Assembly: GCA_965151435.1 (NCBI GenBank)
Contig: CBCTZR010000001.1
Span: forward strand, 5,268 to 69,267
Reading direction: 5' to 3'
DNA length: 64,000 nt
Source: an uncultured Merdibacter sp.
GTDB taxonomy: Bacteria; Bacillota_I; Bacilli_A; Erysipelotrichales; Erysipelotrichaceae
Part shown: in pieces, positions 36,723-47,194 of the stretch
How positions within the stretch are numbered: the stretch's first letter is position 1
Layout of the letters: each line of letters starts with the position of its first letter
The notes under the pieces: model-generated
What the model saw: only the letters and a program-made list of their open reading frames with translations
Told to the model about the DNA's origin: nothing
The model's database searches: none
Made by a program: the position numbers and the translations under genes

Positions 36723-36938
36723 TCACTCGTCCTGTTCCAGATCCAGTTCCTCCAACCGTAACAGTTCGACAACTGCTTGCGCACGTCCTTTGACGCCCAG
36801 TTTCAACATCACGTTTGAAATGTGATTTCGTACGGTTTTATCCGAGATCCCAAGGCGTTTGGCGATCTCTTGAGTGGAGTGATTGCGGATCAAAAGCTCA
36901 TAGACCTCCCGTTCGCGTTTGGTCAAGATGCTATACAT
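36723..36938 (-). CDS. gerE: Spore coat regulator GerE
   Basis: LTKREREVYELL...ISDKTVRNHISNVMLKLGVKGRAQAVVELLR. Confidence 0.9.
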   Translation of the reverse strand: MYSILTKREREVYELLIRNHSTQEIAKRLGISDKTVRNHISNVMLKLGVKGRAQAVVELLRLEELDLEQDE

Positions 36939-36967
36939 AGATATCCCTCCATCAGCCACAGTCTATT

Positions 36968-38746
36968 CTATGCATCATTTTTGATCTGGTCCAGATTATG
37001 TAACAGATGATAGATATTCTCTGCTACTTTTTCTGGTACAACTTCACTGATTTCCGCAATACTCGCTTCTTTTAATTTCTTCAAAGATCCAAATTTTTTC
37101 CAAATGGCCTTCTTACGCACGTCACCAAGGCCGTCAACTTCATCAAGAATCGAACGTGTCATCGCTTTCTTGCGCAGTCGGCGATGATAACTGATCGCAA
37201 ATCGATGTACCTCATCCTGCATCTGTGCAAGCATAAAAAACAACGCGCCTTCTTTTTCAATTGGAACGATCTCTCCCTGATCATTCATCAGATTGCTCGT
37301 ATTGTGATGTTCATCCTTGACCAAACCGCAGATTGCCAGATCCAGATCGAGCATCTCCCGTATTTCTTTGGCTGCTTCAACCTGTTGATAGCCACCATCG
37401 ACCACTAAAAGATCAGGAAAAGTCCCTCCTTCTTTCAACAAGCGAAAATACCGCCGATATAAGACTTCGCGCATGCTGTCCATATCCGATCGATATTCAC
37501 TTAACCGATAAAGGCGATATCCTTGTTTATGCGGTTCTCCATCTAAAAAAACGACCATCCCGCTGACGTTGAAGGTCCCTGCCAGATGCGAGTTATCAAA
37601 GATCTCCATGCGATGGATCTCCTTGCCAAAGATCTTTGAAAGCTGTCTTAACGCTGCTTGTTTTTGTTGATCCTTGCGTTCTACCAAGGTGAATTTTTGT
37701 TCGTGCGCATTTTTGGCATTCTGTCGCGCCATCTCTACCAGCTTCACCTTAGCGCCGCGTTGCGGCTGTATGATCTTTTCGCCATATAGTTCCTTTAACA
37801 TGGAAACATCATAATCCTTCGGAATCAGAATCTCATTTGGCAGCGGATTATGTTCATAATATTGAGCGATAAAGGCTACGAAGGCTTCCATCTCCTCCTC
37901 ATACAAAGGAGTGACAGATAATGAGCGTTCCAACAGCTTTCCTGCACGCATGAAAAAGCCTTGAATAGAGATATATCCTTTATCCACATAATAGGCGAAG
38001 ACATCGCGATCTAAGTGATCTTTGAAGTCGATCTGCTGCTTAGCGACCACATGGCGAATCGATTCGATCATCTCATAGATCTCTTGCGCTTTTTCAAACT
38101 GCAGCTGTTCGCTTGCTGCAAACATCTGATCCTGTAACTGTTCTAACGTATCGCTTACGTCTCCTTTAAGAAACCGACGAATATCGTTTCGCATCTTCGT
38201 ATAAACGTCTTCCTCCACATCGTGAATACACGGACCTAAACATTGTCCGATATGATAATACAAACATTCTTTCTTTGGCAGATGGCGGCATTTTCGAAGG
38301 GGAAACATCCGATTGAGCAGTTTAGCCATATCATAGGCAGCTCCTGAATCAGGAAATGGACCAAAATACTCCGCTTTCTTATCCTTTGTATTGCGTACGA
38401 CCTCTAAACGTGGTGCACGTTCCTTGCTCAATTTCAGATAAGGATATGTCTTATCATCCATGAACATGATATTGTATGGAGGCGTATGCTTTTTGATAAG
38501 ATTGATTTCTAATAACAGCGCTTCTTTTTCGCTGCCTGTGACGATATATTCAAAATCGTCGATATTGCTGACAAGACGCGTCGTCTTAAAATCATGTACG
38601 CCGACAAAATACTGTCGAACCCTGTTTTTTAAGATCTTTGCTTTTCCCACATAGATGATATCCCCGCTCTTGTTCTTCATCAGATAACAGCCAGGAAGTG
38701 CAGGCAAGATTGCTAACTTGTCTGCAATCTTCTCCATATTCGCCAT
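36968..38746 (-). CDS. uvrC: Excinuclease ABC subunit C
   Basis: GIY-YIG (GCY...YVGKA), FDNSH, DGG, HhH C-terminus. Confidence 0.96.
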   Translation of the reverse strand: MANMEKIADKLAILPALPGCYLMKNKSGDIIYVGKAKILKNRVRQYFVGVHDFKTTRLVSNIDDFEYIVTGSEKEALLLEINLIKKHTPPYNIMFMDDKTYPYLKLSKERAPRLEVVRNTKDKKAEYFGPFPDSGAAYDMAKLLNRMFPLRKCRHLPKKECLYYHIGQCLGPCIHDVEEDVYTKMRNDIRRFLKGDVSDTLEQLQDQMFAASEQLQFEKAQEIYEMIESIRHVVAKQQIDFKDHLDRDVFAYYVDKGYISIQGFFMRAGKLLERSLSVTPLYEEEMEAFVAFIAQYYEHNPLPNEILIPKDYDVSMLKELYGEKIIQPQRGAKVKLVEMARQNAKNAHEQKFTLVERKDQQKQAALRQLSKIFGKEIHRMEIFDNSHLAGTFNVSGMVVFLDGEPHKQGYRLYRLSEYRSDMDSMREVLYRRYFRLLKEGGTFPDLLVVDGGYQQVEAAKEIREMLDLDLAICGLVKDEHHNTSNLMNDQGEIVPIEKEGALFFMLAQMQDEVHRFAISYHRRLRKKAMTRSILDEVDGLGDVRKKAIWKKFGSLKKLKEASIAEISEVVPEKVAENIYHLLHNLDQIKNDA

Positions 38747-38747
38747 A

Positions 38748-41072
38748 CTACCGCTTTCCTTTCTGCTTTAATTCGACAACCGTTGCGCCTAAACCGCCTT
38801 CCCCTTGTCCTCCCATGCGAAAGCTCTCTACTTTTGCATGTTTTTTCAAATAGCTGTGAATTGCTTTGCGCAATGCCCCCGTCCCCATGCCATGGATGAT
38901 TCGAACGGACGCAGCACGATTGAGGATGGCATTATCCAAATATTTGTCCACCACACCAATTGCCTCATCCACATGCATGCCGATGACGTTGCATTCCAAT
39001 GAAAAAGAGGAACGAATGCTCTTTTTGTAACTCTTCTCACTTTTTTCCTTCTTTGGCCGATGGATCTTTTGCAGATCATTGATCGATACGTTTAGTTTCA
39101 TTCCATTTGCCAAAACGCTGGCCTTGTTTTTATTTACCGATAGCACTTCACCATGATAATTCAATGAGCGAATCATCACATAATCGCCTTTTTCGATCGT
39201 CTCACTGATCACTTCGTCGTCACTATCCTCAACGACAGGCTGCAGTTGTCGCAATTCGTGAAGCTTCTGTGCCACCTCATGCGGTTTATGCTGCTCCCCC
39301 ATTTGACGAAGTTCATCGATGATCTCCTGCGCTTGCTCCAGTTGTTCTTCATATCGTATGCGTGCTTCTTCCATCGCCGTCTGTAAAGCCGTTTCCTGTT
39401 GCCTCTTTAAGTTTTCTTTCTCCTGTTGCAATTCCTTACGTAAGCGCTGCACTTCATCTAAACGTTCATGCAACAGCTGTTTTTCCTGTTCAAGTGCTGC
39501 CGCATTTTCTTCTAAACGCTCCATCAAGAGCGATGCGTCACTTTGTCCTTGCTGCTTGAGGAAGCGAGCTCGCTCTACGATATCTTTGCGCAGATGATAT
39601 CGACTGGCAATCGCAAACGCATTGGATTGCCCGCTGACACCCTCCATATAGCGATAGGTCGGCATCATCGTCTCCATGTCAAAAGCGACGCTGGACAATA
39701 AGATGTCCTTTCGCGTTTTCGCAAAAGCTTTTACTTTCGCAAAATGCGTCGAAGCGATGACATGCGCCTGCTGTTTTAACAATGCTTCCAATATCGCAAT
39801 GGCCAGGCATTCTCCCTCTGTAGGATCCGTTCCGCTTCCCAACTCATCTAAGACGACAAAGGCATGCGCATCAGCTTGTTCAGCGATGAGCGATAGTCGG
39901 GACAGATGGCTTGAGAAAGTTGACAGTGATTCTTGTATCGATTGCTGATCTCCGACATCCAAATAAATCGCTTGAAAGAAAGGGATCCGTGCTTCTTCAC
40001 ATAAGATGGGGAACCCTGCATGGGTCATAGCCAAAAACAACGCGATTGTCTTGAGTGTGACCGTCTTTCCTCCAGTATTGGAACCACTGATCAGCAGACA
40101 ATGTATGTCTTCCTTCATCTCATAGGTATTTGCGACCACAACTTGATCATCGATCAATGGATGACGTGCTTCCTTCATCCATAAATGATTGCTCGTTTCA
40201 TCCAACTCAGGAACGCAGCCATCTCGCTGTACACACCATTTTGCTTTTGCGAACAATGCATCCAATATCACCATCGTATCCAGATCTGCAAACAAAGCGT
40301 CAGCTTCTTCTTTCACTTCTTCACTCAATTTGCGTAAAATGCGCTCAACTTCCTGCTGGGCCTCATTTTGAATACTTTGCAAACGATTGTTCAAAGTTAC
40401 TAAAGCCGCCGGTTCCAGGTAAACCGCTTGTCCGCTGGCACTTTCCCCATGTATTATCCCGCGTACGCTATTTTTCTCGCTCACCTTGACCAAGACACAT
40501 GTGCGTTCATTGCGTAGCGCAGTGATCGTATCCATCAAGATGGAAGAATGCCCAGCGATAAAACGATGCGCTTCCTGGCTGATCGCTGCAGCTACTTCGA
40601 TTTGTAAACGTCGAAGAGAAGCCAGTTTCTCACTGGCATGATCATAGACTTCTCCTTCACTCGAAATACAGCGATCGATGCTTTTGCGCAGACGCTCGTG
40701 CTTTTGAATTGATGTCTGCAGATCATGCAATTCGAGATATGCTGCAGGCACTTCATTCAAAAATCGCTTTACACGTTCACAGGTGGAAAGAAAGGTAGAA
40801 ATTCCCTTTAATTCACTTGGACGCAGCGTGCTGTTTTTTTGACAGCGAACCAACCATGGTGACACATCGATGAGATCATCATTTGGAAAAGTAAGCTGTG
40901 TGCGATAAACTGCCGTTGCCTCTCGGCATCGCTGCAATTCCCGTTGGATCCACAACGTATGGAAAACAGGCTCGCTTTCCAATACATGCTGCGCACCTAA
41001 GGCAAAGGAACAGCCACTGGCGATTTGTTCTTTTACCGAATGAAAATCAATCGATTGAAAATTTTCCTTCAT
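38748..41072 (-). CDS. mutS2: Endonuclease MutS2
   Basis: GSNTGGKT, SLSTFS, LDELGSGTDP, C-terminal Smr IIHGMGTGALR. Confidence 0.95.
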   Translation of the reverse strand: MKENFQSIDFHSVKEQIASGCSFALGAQHVLESEPVFHTLWIQRELQRCREATAVYRTQLTFPNDDLIDVSPWLVRCQKNSTLRPSELKGISTFLSTCERVKRFLNEVPAAYLELHDLQTSIQKHERLRKSIDRCISSEGEVYDHASEKLASLRRLQIEVAAAISQEAHRFIAGHSSILMDTITALRNERTCVLVKVSEKNSVRGIIHGESASGQAVYLEPAALVTLNNRLQSIQNEAQQEVERILRKLSEEVKEEADALFADLDTMVILDALFAKAKWCVQRDGCVPELDETSNHLWMKEARHPLIDDQVVVANTYEMKEDIHCLLISGSNTGGKTVTLKTIALFLAMTHAGFPILCEEARIPFFQAIYLDVGDQQSIQESLSTFSSHLSRLSLIAEQADAHAFVVLDELGSGTDPTEGECLAIAILEALLKQQAHVIASTHFAKVKAFAKTRKDILLSSVAFDMETMMPTYRYMEGVSGQSNAFAIASRYHLRKDIVERARFLKQQGQSDASLLMERLEENAAALEQEKQLLHERLDEVQRLRKELQQEKENLKRQQETALQTAMEEARIRYEEQLEQAQEIIDELRQMGEQHKPHEVAQKLHELRQLQPVVEDSDDEVISETIEKGDYVMIRSLNYHGEVLSVNKNKASVLANGMKLNVSINDLQKIHRPKKEKSEKSYKKSIRSSFSLECNVIGMHVDEAIGVVDKYLDNAILNRAASVRIIHGMGTGALRKAIHSYLKKHAKVESFRMGGQGEGGLGATVVELKQKGKR

Positions 41073-41073
41073 A

Positions 41074-41730
41074 TCAACGCAGAGATTCCATCCATTGGAA
41101 TACCGCTTCCTCCTCTCTTCCTGTTCCATATAACCATGCTTTTAATTGCTGATAACTCTTGTCATCTAATTTTTCATCACTTATTACCCGTTCGATCAGC
41201 TGTAAACGCTCCAGCATACTGCCGCCACTGTTTAAAGCAATCTCTCCAATCGGTGCCAGATATTGCAAAAAAGAGCGCTGAGCCAATTCACCGCTACCTG
41301 TAAACAAAGGCAGATGCAAAAAGACCAACAGGAAGTAACCGATAATACAAGCCTTTCCCATCCCTAAGATCAACCCAGCCAAACGATTGAGCCATCCGAT
41401 CAAAGGAAGATGATTGATCGCTTTTGCAAAAGGATGGATGATAACGCCGATCATGCGTAAAGCAAATAACAAGATCAAAAACCAAGCGATCGTACTGACT
41501 TGTATCGTCAAATATTGATCCAGCGTTTCAATACCACTCGGCTGCAACTGAATCAGCGGTATCTTTTCAGCGATCCAGCCACTGAGTAACCATGCAAACA
41601 ATGCGGCGAAAATCCAAGAGATCAAATCGATCAGCTGCAGTACAAAACCACGCTGCCAACAGCGTACCAAGTATATCAACAAGAGCAATAATAATATTCC
41701 ATTAAAAAGGATAATCCATTGTTGTTCCAT
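41074..41730 (-). CDS. cvpA: CvpA-family membrane protein
   Basis: RGF..Q, NRLAGLILG; upstream of mutS2. Confidence 0.8.
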   Translation of the reverse strand: MEQQWIILFNGILLLLLLIYLVRCWQRGFVLQLIDLISWIFAALFAWLLSGWIAEKIPLIQLQPSGIETLDQYLTIQVSTIAWFLILLFALRMIGVIIHPFAKAINHLPLIGWLNRLAGLILGMGKACIIGYFLLVFLHLPLFTGSGELAQRSFLQYLAPIGEIALNSGGSMLERLQLIERVISDEKLDDKSYQQLKAWLYGTGREEEAVFQWMESLR

Positions 41731-41830
41731 ATTCTTTCCCTCACAGTCTCATTTATTTTAGCATAACTGACTCCTATTTTCATACTCGAATCCTTCTTCG
41801 ATCTATGATAGAATACCAACAGGTGATAGT

Positions 41831-42706
41831 ATGTCCGTAAAAACGATAACAATGACAGCACGGCAAATCGATGATCTGGAGAGTAAACTGTGTCATGCAA
41901 AAAAGCGCAACACTCCACCTTACGCTCGTTTTCAATACCAAACAAGTGATTGTGTCATCACCGCCTACCTCAGTGGAAAAGTCGTCTTTCAAGGAGAAGG
42001 GGCTGATTTTTATGCTTCTTCTTATTCAACGTCCAGCGTAAAATCCACGTTCCCTCAAGCTGGCAGCGATGAAGTCGGTACAGGTGATTATTTTGGACCA
42101 GTCGTTGTCTGCGCATGCTACGTAGGCCCTCAGGATGCAGCACTGCTGGAACAATTACAGATAACTGATAGCAAAGCCATGAAAGACGAAGTGATTCGTA
42201 ATGTCGGACCGACGCTTTTAAAGCTTCCTCACAGCATTCTGATTTTAAATAATGAAGATTACAACCGCGTCCATATGCAGGATCACATGGTTGCCATCAA
42301 ATGCAAGATGCATAACCAGGCTTATGTCCATTTAAAGCGCAAAGCAAATGGATTGCCGGCGAATATCATCATTGATCAGTTTGTCCAGGAGAAGAGCTAT
42401 TATCGCTATTTGCAAGATCAGAAGGAAATCATCCGCGGCATTCATTTTGAAACGAAAGCAGAAGGAAAATATCCATCAGTAGCCGCTGCCAGCGTATTGG
42501 CGCGTTATACATTCCTCACCGCATTTGACGCCATGCGCAAACAATATGATTTTCCATTCCCAAAAGGAGCTGGAAAAAAAGTGGATGAGGCCATCCTTGC
42601 TTTTGTCAACCGCTTTGGAGAAGAAGCTTTGCCAAAGGTAGCAAAGCTGCATTTTGCCAATACAAAAAAAGCGTTGCTTCATAAAACAATATCCTATAAA
42701 AAATGA
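41831..42706 (+). CDS. rnhC: Ribonuclease HIII
   Basis: YLSGKVVFQG, GSDEVGTGDYFGP, DSK, VAAASVLAR, KLHFANT. Confidence 0.95.
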   Translation: MSVKTITMTARQIDDLESKLCHAKKRNTPPYARFQYQTSDCVITAYLSGKVVFQGEGADFYASSYSTSSVKSTFPQAGSDEVGTGDYFGPVVVCACYVGPQDAALLEQLQITDSKAMKDEVIRNVGPTLLKLPHSILILNNEDYNRVHMQDHMVAIKCKMHNQAYVHLKRKANGLPANIIIDQFVQEKSYYRYLQDQKEIIRGIHFETKAEGKYPSVAAASVLARYTFLTAFDAMRKQYDFPFPKGAGKKVDEAILAFVNRFGEEALPKVAKLHFANTKKALLHKTISYKK

Positions 42707-42752
42707 ACCTTGGTGATCCATACACCAAGGTTTTCTTTGATAAAACATCCCT

Positions 42753-43244
42753 TTACTGCTGTTCTAGTTTTTCAATTGATAATTTCATCTGATAAGGAAG
42801 CTGCACCAGTTCAACACCTGCTGATTCTAACATTTTTTTGCTGGCAATCGTCCCTTCAGTGTGCGCATACTTATCACTCTCATATACGATGCGTTTGATC
42901 CCACTTTGAATGATCGCTTTTGCACATTCATTGCACGGGAACAAAGATACATAAATCGTACAGCCGGTAAGCTTTTGTGTGCTGTTTAAAATAGCATTCA
43001 GTTCAGCATGTACGACAAATGGATATTTCGTCGCAAGAAAATCGCCATCCCGCTCCCAAGGAAATTCATCATCGTCACAACCGATTGGAAAACCGTTATA
43101 ACCGATTCCTACGACCTTTTTTTCCGGTGAGACGATACATGCTCCCACTTGTGTAGATGGATCTTTCGATCGCAATGCGCTCAAATGAGCCAATCCCATA
43201 AAATAATCATCCCAGCTTAATACGTTTCCTCGTTTCATAAACAT
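42753..43244 (-). CDS. dCMP deaminase family protein
   Basis: SWDDYFM, RSKDP, HAELNAI, PCNEC. Confidence 0.92.
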   Translation of the reverse strand: MFMKRGNVLSWDDYFMGLAHLSALRSKDPSTQVGACIVSPEKKVVGIGYNGFPIGCDDDEFPWERDGDFLATKYPFVVHAELNAILNSTQKLTGCTIYVSLFPCNECAKAIIQSGIKRIVYESDKYAHTEGTIASKKMLESAGVELVQLPYQMKLSIEKLEQQ

Positions 43245-43276
43245 GCTCCCTTCTACGCCTTTTCATTATAACAGTT

Positions 43277-44401
43277 TTACCGTTCTCCTGTATAGTCCTT
43301 GCTTTCCAGCCATGAGGATGCCTGTGCCTGCCGCCAGGTCATTTCCCATTCATTACTTCCAAAGACCATCCAAATACTGACAACCAACACCAATGCAGCA
43401 ATTGCCGCAATCGCATGACGGCGCAATGGTCGTTGAAAGAACCCTGAAAAACACAGTGATCCCAATAAACCACCTAACACTCCGCCAAATACGTTGATCC
43501 ACGCATTTCCTGGAACCAACAAAGCGACGAAGATCCAAAAGGAATGACGCAGCATCTGTCGGCGAATCAACGGATGACGATATGCTCGGATCAATCCGAC
43601 ATCAAACAATCCCGCACACCATAGTCCAAGTGTCACTGCCACAATACCGCTGCTTTGACCTCCGCTCATCATTTGAAACAAAGCCGCGATCATCGCACTG
43701 CATACAGCGATCCAGATCGTTCCTTTATGATACAAACCATCACAAAGAACAGCCGCAAAAAAGAGCGCTGGCAACTGTAACAACATCGGCCAGGATAGGA
43801 TCGTCAACTGATCAAGGAAGGATGTGAAGATCCACGCTGGAAAGACCATCTCCTGCAAATATGCGCGCATCAAAAACATACATCCCGAAGCAACCAGCAC
43901 AAAGACGATCAGAAACAGCGCATAACGCGGCATCAAGGCAAATCGCTCCCGCCACAGACTACCTTTTTTATTCGTATGTTCAAGCTGTTTGACCAGGCGC
44001 GCCTTTTCTTCCTGTTCATCTTCCACTTCGACAAATTGTGACAGGATCGATGGAAAAGCGCGCTGCAGCGAAGGATCGATCGAATCATGAAATACGATCT
44101 GTCGAATAAACTGATCTTCAAAAGAATGCGCGTTTTGATGCACGTTGAACACAAAGATGGAACATTCCCGATGAATGAGATCACAGAGTGCTCGATGGAC
44201 TTGTCGAAGCTGAAATTCTTCCTGTTTTACCTGCTCATCTTCTTGATCACAAAGATGAACAATCGGATAGTGGCGATTGCGCGGATGGATTAACCAAAGA
44301 TCATTTGGACGCTGCTGGACAGCTACTAACGTATATCCTTTTTCACCAATGAGATAGGCAAGCAGCTGCATTTGTCTTAAACTGATACCATACGGTGTCA
44401 T
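43277..44401 (-). CDS. Multi-pass membrane protein, degenerate rhomboid (GluP-like)
   Basis: Soluble N-terminus then ~7 TM; QSSG and VFGG where GxSG and HLGG expected. Confidence 0.55.
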   Translation of the reverse strand: MTPYGISLRQMQLLAYLIGEKGYTLVAVQQRPNDLWLIHPRNRHYPIVHLCDQEDEQVKQEEFQLRQVHRALCDLIHRECSIFVFNVHQNAHSFEDQFIRQIVFHDSIDPSLQRAFPSILSQFVEVEDEQEEKARLVKQLEHTNKKGSLWRERFALMPRYALFLIVFVLVASGCMFLMRAYLQEMVFPAWIFTSFLDQLTILSWPMLLQLPALFFAAVLCDGLYHKGTIWIAVCSAMIAALFQMMSGGQSSGIVAVTLGLWCAGLFDVGLIRAYRHPLIRRQMLRHSFWIFVALLVPGNAWINVFGGVLGGLLGSLCFSGFFQRPLRRHAIAAIAALVLVVSIWMVFGSNEWEMTWRQAQASSWLESKDYTGER

Positions 44402-45309
44402 AATGCGTCCCTTTCCTCACGTAGCTGTCGCAAAACGCTTTCGAAATCGGATGGCAAAGGTGCTTCCACAACGATTTTTGCTTTTGTTCGCGGATGGATA
44501 AACTCCAACTGATGCGCATGTAATAGCTGACCGCCCACCTTCATTGTCCGACGATATCCATACTTTTCATCACCGACCACTGGATGTTCGATATAGCGCA
44601 TATGGACGCGAATTTGATGTGTACGACCAGTTTCCAAACGACACTCTACCAGCGTGTATTGTGCAAAACGCTCAATCACGCGGAAATGCGTCCGCGCTTC
44701 CTTGCTGTTTTTATCCGTCACCGCCATTTTTTGGCGGTCTTTTTCATCTCGCCCGATCGGTGCATCGATCACTCCATAATCATGAGAAAAATTCCCATGA
44801 ACCAAAGCATAATACAGGCGATGCATCGTTTTATCCTGTAATTGTTTTGAAAGTTCAAGATGTGCAAGATCATTTTTGGCAACGATCAACAGCCCCGTCG
44901 TATCTTTATCAATGCGATGGACGATTCCTGGACGCAATACCCCATTGATGCCGGAAAGATCCTGACAGTGATACAATAAGGCATTGACCAAGGTATCACG
45001 CTGATTGCCATTTGCCGGATGAACCACCATGCCACGCGGCTTGTTGATTACGATCACATCACTATCCTCATAGCGAATATCTAAAGGGATGTTTTGCGCT
45101 TCCACATCTAATTCACTGAGATCCTCATAATCAACACAAATCGTTTCCGTTCCTGCAAGCTTGTAATTGGATTTGGTTTTCTTCCCATCCACTACTACCT
45201 GCCCTTGTTCGATCAGTTGTTGAATACGGGATCGTGTCAGATCTGTATGTTCACTGAGATATTTATCAATGCGCACTCCCTTTTCTTCTGCCTGTAACAC
45301 CAATTTCAT
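44398..45309 (-). CDS. RluA-family pseudouridine synthase (RluD-like)
   Basis: S4 domain, HRIDKDTTG, GRTHQIR; coupled to lspA. Confidence 0.93.
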   Translation of the reverse strand: MKLVLQAEEKGVRIDKYLSEHTDLTRSRIQQLIEQGQVVVDGKKTKSNYKLAGTETICVDYEDLSELDVEAQNIPLDIRYEDSDVIVINKPRGMVVHPANGNQRDTLVNALLYHCQDLSGINGVLRPGIVHRIDKDTTGLLIVAKNDLAHLELSKQLQDKTMHRLYYALVHGNFSHDYGVIDAPIGRDEKDRQKMAVTDKNSKEARTHFRVIERFAQYTLVECRLETGRTHQIRVHMRYIEHPVVGDEKYGYRRTMKVGGQLLHAHQLEFIHPRTKAKIVVEAPLPSDFESVLRQLREERDAL

Positions 45310-45782
45310 TTCTTGATCACTCCAAACTCCTCCAGCAAAATCTTGCCGACGATGAGGAAAACCCCAATGCACAATGCACAATCCGCAATATTAAATACTG
45401 GAAATTCATAGCCAAATAGATTAAATGATAAAAAATCACGTACATATTGAAACATCAGACGATCGATCAAGTTTCCGACCGCACCCGCCATCATCAAAGC
45501 CAAAGCGCTGCGATTCCATACATCTTTCCCCTCACATGCGCGATAAAACAGAAACAAGACGATCAGTTCTACGATCGTAATCACATAAAAAACCATCATA
45601 TCTGCACCGGCAAACATGCTCCAAGCACCACCCGTATTACGAACATATAACAATTGGAAAAAACCCGGGATGATGGAAACGGATTCCCCCAAAGCCAAAA
45701 AGGCTTCGATCATATATTTGCTTACTTGATCTAGTATGAGTACGATCATACCGATCAACACATAAATCATATGTTTTTTCAT
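45306..45782 (-). CDS. lspA: Signal peptidase II
   Basis: NTGGAWS, GNLIDR, VRDF, FNIAD. Confidence 0.95.
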   Translation of the reverse strand: MKKHMIYVLIGMIVLILDQVSKYMIEAFLALGESVSIIPGFFQLLYVRNTGGAWSMFAGADMMVFYVITIVELIVLFLFYRACEGKDVWNRSALALMMAGAVGNLIDRLMFQYVRDFLSFNLFGYEFPVFNIADCALCIGVFLIVGKILLEEFGVIKK

Positions 45783-45831
45783 GAAGATCCCTCCAATATG
45801 GATAAAATGTTACCACAGACTCTCTTAAAAG

Positions 45832-45861
45832 AAAAGAGAATCCCTCTAGAGATTCTCTTTT
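45832..45861. terminator. Intrinsic terminator
   Basis: AAAAGAGAATC-N8-GATTCTCTTTT. Confidence 0.7.
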
Positions 45862-45868
45862 GAAGCTT

Positions 45869-46384
45869 CTATTTACTCAAAAGCGCATTGCGTTCATTGA
45901 CGATTGCATCCCAAGTAAGCGAACCGATCGTACCATCAATTGCTAGATCATAGAGATATTGAAACTGCTCAACGGCATGGATCGTACGCGTTCCATAATT
46001 GCCATCAATAGGAATCGGTCGAAGACACTGATTGAACTGTGCGATCTCGCTGAGATATTTCTGCATCATATAGACACCTAAGCTGATTTCTCCGCTTTTT
46101 AACACATATCCACGAGACGCTACCGGGATATTTGTCACGATATCCATCTTACGGATCTCTTCCATAATGCCGTTCCACGTTTCTTCACCGATGATTCCAT
46201 CAATCGGCAATCCCAGATATTTCTGTGCTTCTTTTACCGCCTTGCTCATATTCGCACCATATACACCGTCTTCCACCAGTTTGGTCTGGATCATGCCGCG
46301 TTTCTGCATCAAGTTAAGATATCCTTGCATCTTATTGACGCTGATTCCAATACGCCCAGGCTGTAATACTAATTTTGTGCTCAC
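45869..46384 (-). CDS. Protein with two peptidoglycan-binding domains
   Basis: Twice DG.YG...AV..FQ/AQ....L.IDG.IG..TW. Confidence 0.85.
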   Translation of the reverse strand: MSTKLVLQPGRIGISVNKMQGYLNLMQKRGMIQTKLVEDGVYGANMSKAVKEAQKYLGLPIDGIIGEETWNGIMEEIRKMDIVTNIPVASRGYVLKSGEISLGVYMMQKYLSEIAQFNQCLRPIPIDGNYGTRTIHAVEQFQYLYDLAIDGTIGSLTWDAIVNERNALLSK

Positions 46385-46447
46385 TTTATTTCCCTCCTTC
46401 TCTCCATTCTACGAAGAAAAGAAAAAGTGAGCGCTGTGTTCGCCCAC

Positions 46448-47056
46448 CTATTGATTAGATACGATCGGATAATCAAATTCCAACAGTACATTTTCCACGT
46501 TTTTTCCTGCCGCTTCCAATTGACTGCGCATATACAATTTCGGCATACGGATATAGGAATAGAGAAAACTGATGAATGCCACAAACAGCGCTTCGATGAA
46601 TGCAACGCTGTTTGTCTGATCAAACAGGAAAGATAACAACGCAAATAAGATCACAAACAACACGATGGTCAGCAACAATAAACGCTGCATCAACATACGA
46701 AACGTCTCCCGATAAAACTGAGATTTATCATAAATATACGATTCATATTCCACGGGAATCTGCTGGCCGCTGATCAGCTCATATTTACGGCGTTTGCTGC
46801 TACGGCTTTTCATATAACGCTGTAATTGCAACATGCGAATCGCACAATAATGCTGCCCGTCTCGATTATGATCCTTTTCATATTTGCGAAAGAATAACTG
46901 CATCACCTTTAAATACTCTTCTACGGTGATCGGCATTCCCTTCATGGAAGCCACAAGGGCAAACAGCTGTTCAAGGATCTCGTCTGAAAAAGAACCACTG
47001 TTGTTTTCCAGTGCTTTTTCAATATCCGTCAACTGCGTGATATATACTTCTTTCAT
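46448..47056 (-). CDS. Hypothetical membrane protein
   Basis: 202 aa with two C-terminal TM helices. Confidence 0.7.
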   Translation of the reverse strand: MKEVYITQLTDIEKALENNSGSFSDEILEQLFALVASMKGMPITVEEYLKVMQLFFRKYEKDHNRDGQHYCAIRMLQLQRYMKSRSSKRRKYELISGQQIPVEYESYIYDKSQFYRETFRMLMQRLLLLTIVLFVILFALLSFLFDQTNSVAFIEALFVAFISFLYSYIRMPKLYMRSQLEAAGKNVENVLLEFDYPIVSNQ

Positions 47057-47194
47057 CCTTTATAACACCTCGCCCGACTTCTACATTTAAGATTTTAACG
47101 AAAATCGAAGAAAAATGCAACCTTACCCTTTTCTTTTATCCCTCTTCCTGTTCTCCTGCTTTCTTTCGCTTTTCTGTTATCGACAGCTGAACCT

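Noticed and set aside
41730..41831. zapA and polX absent from the rnhC-cvpA-mutS2 cluster
   Set aside because: Ordinary lineage-level gene loss; no remnant or scar visible
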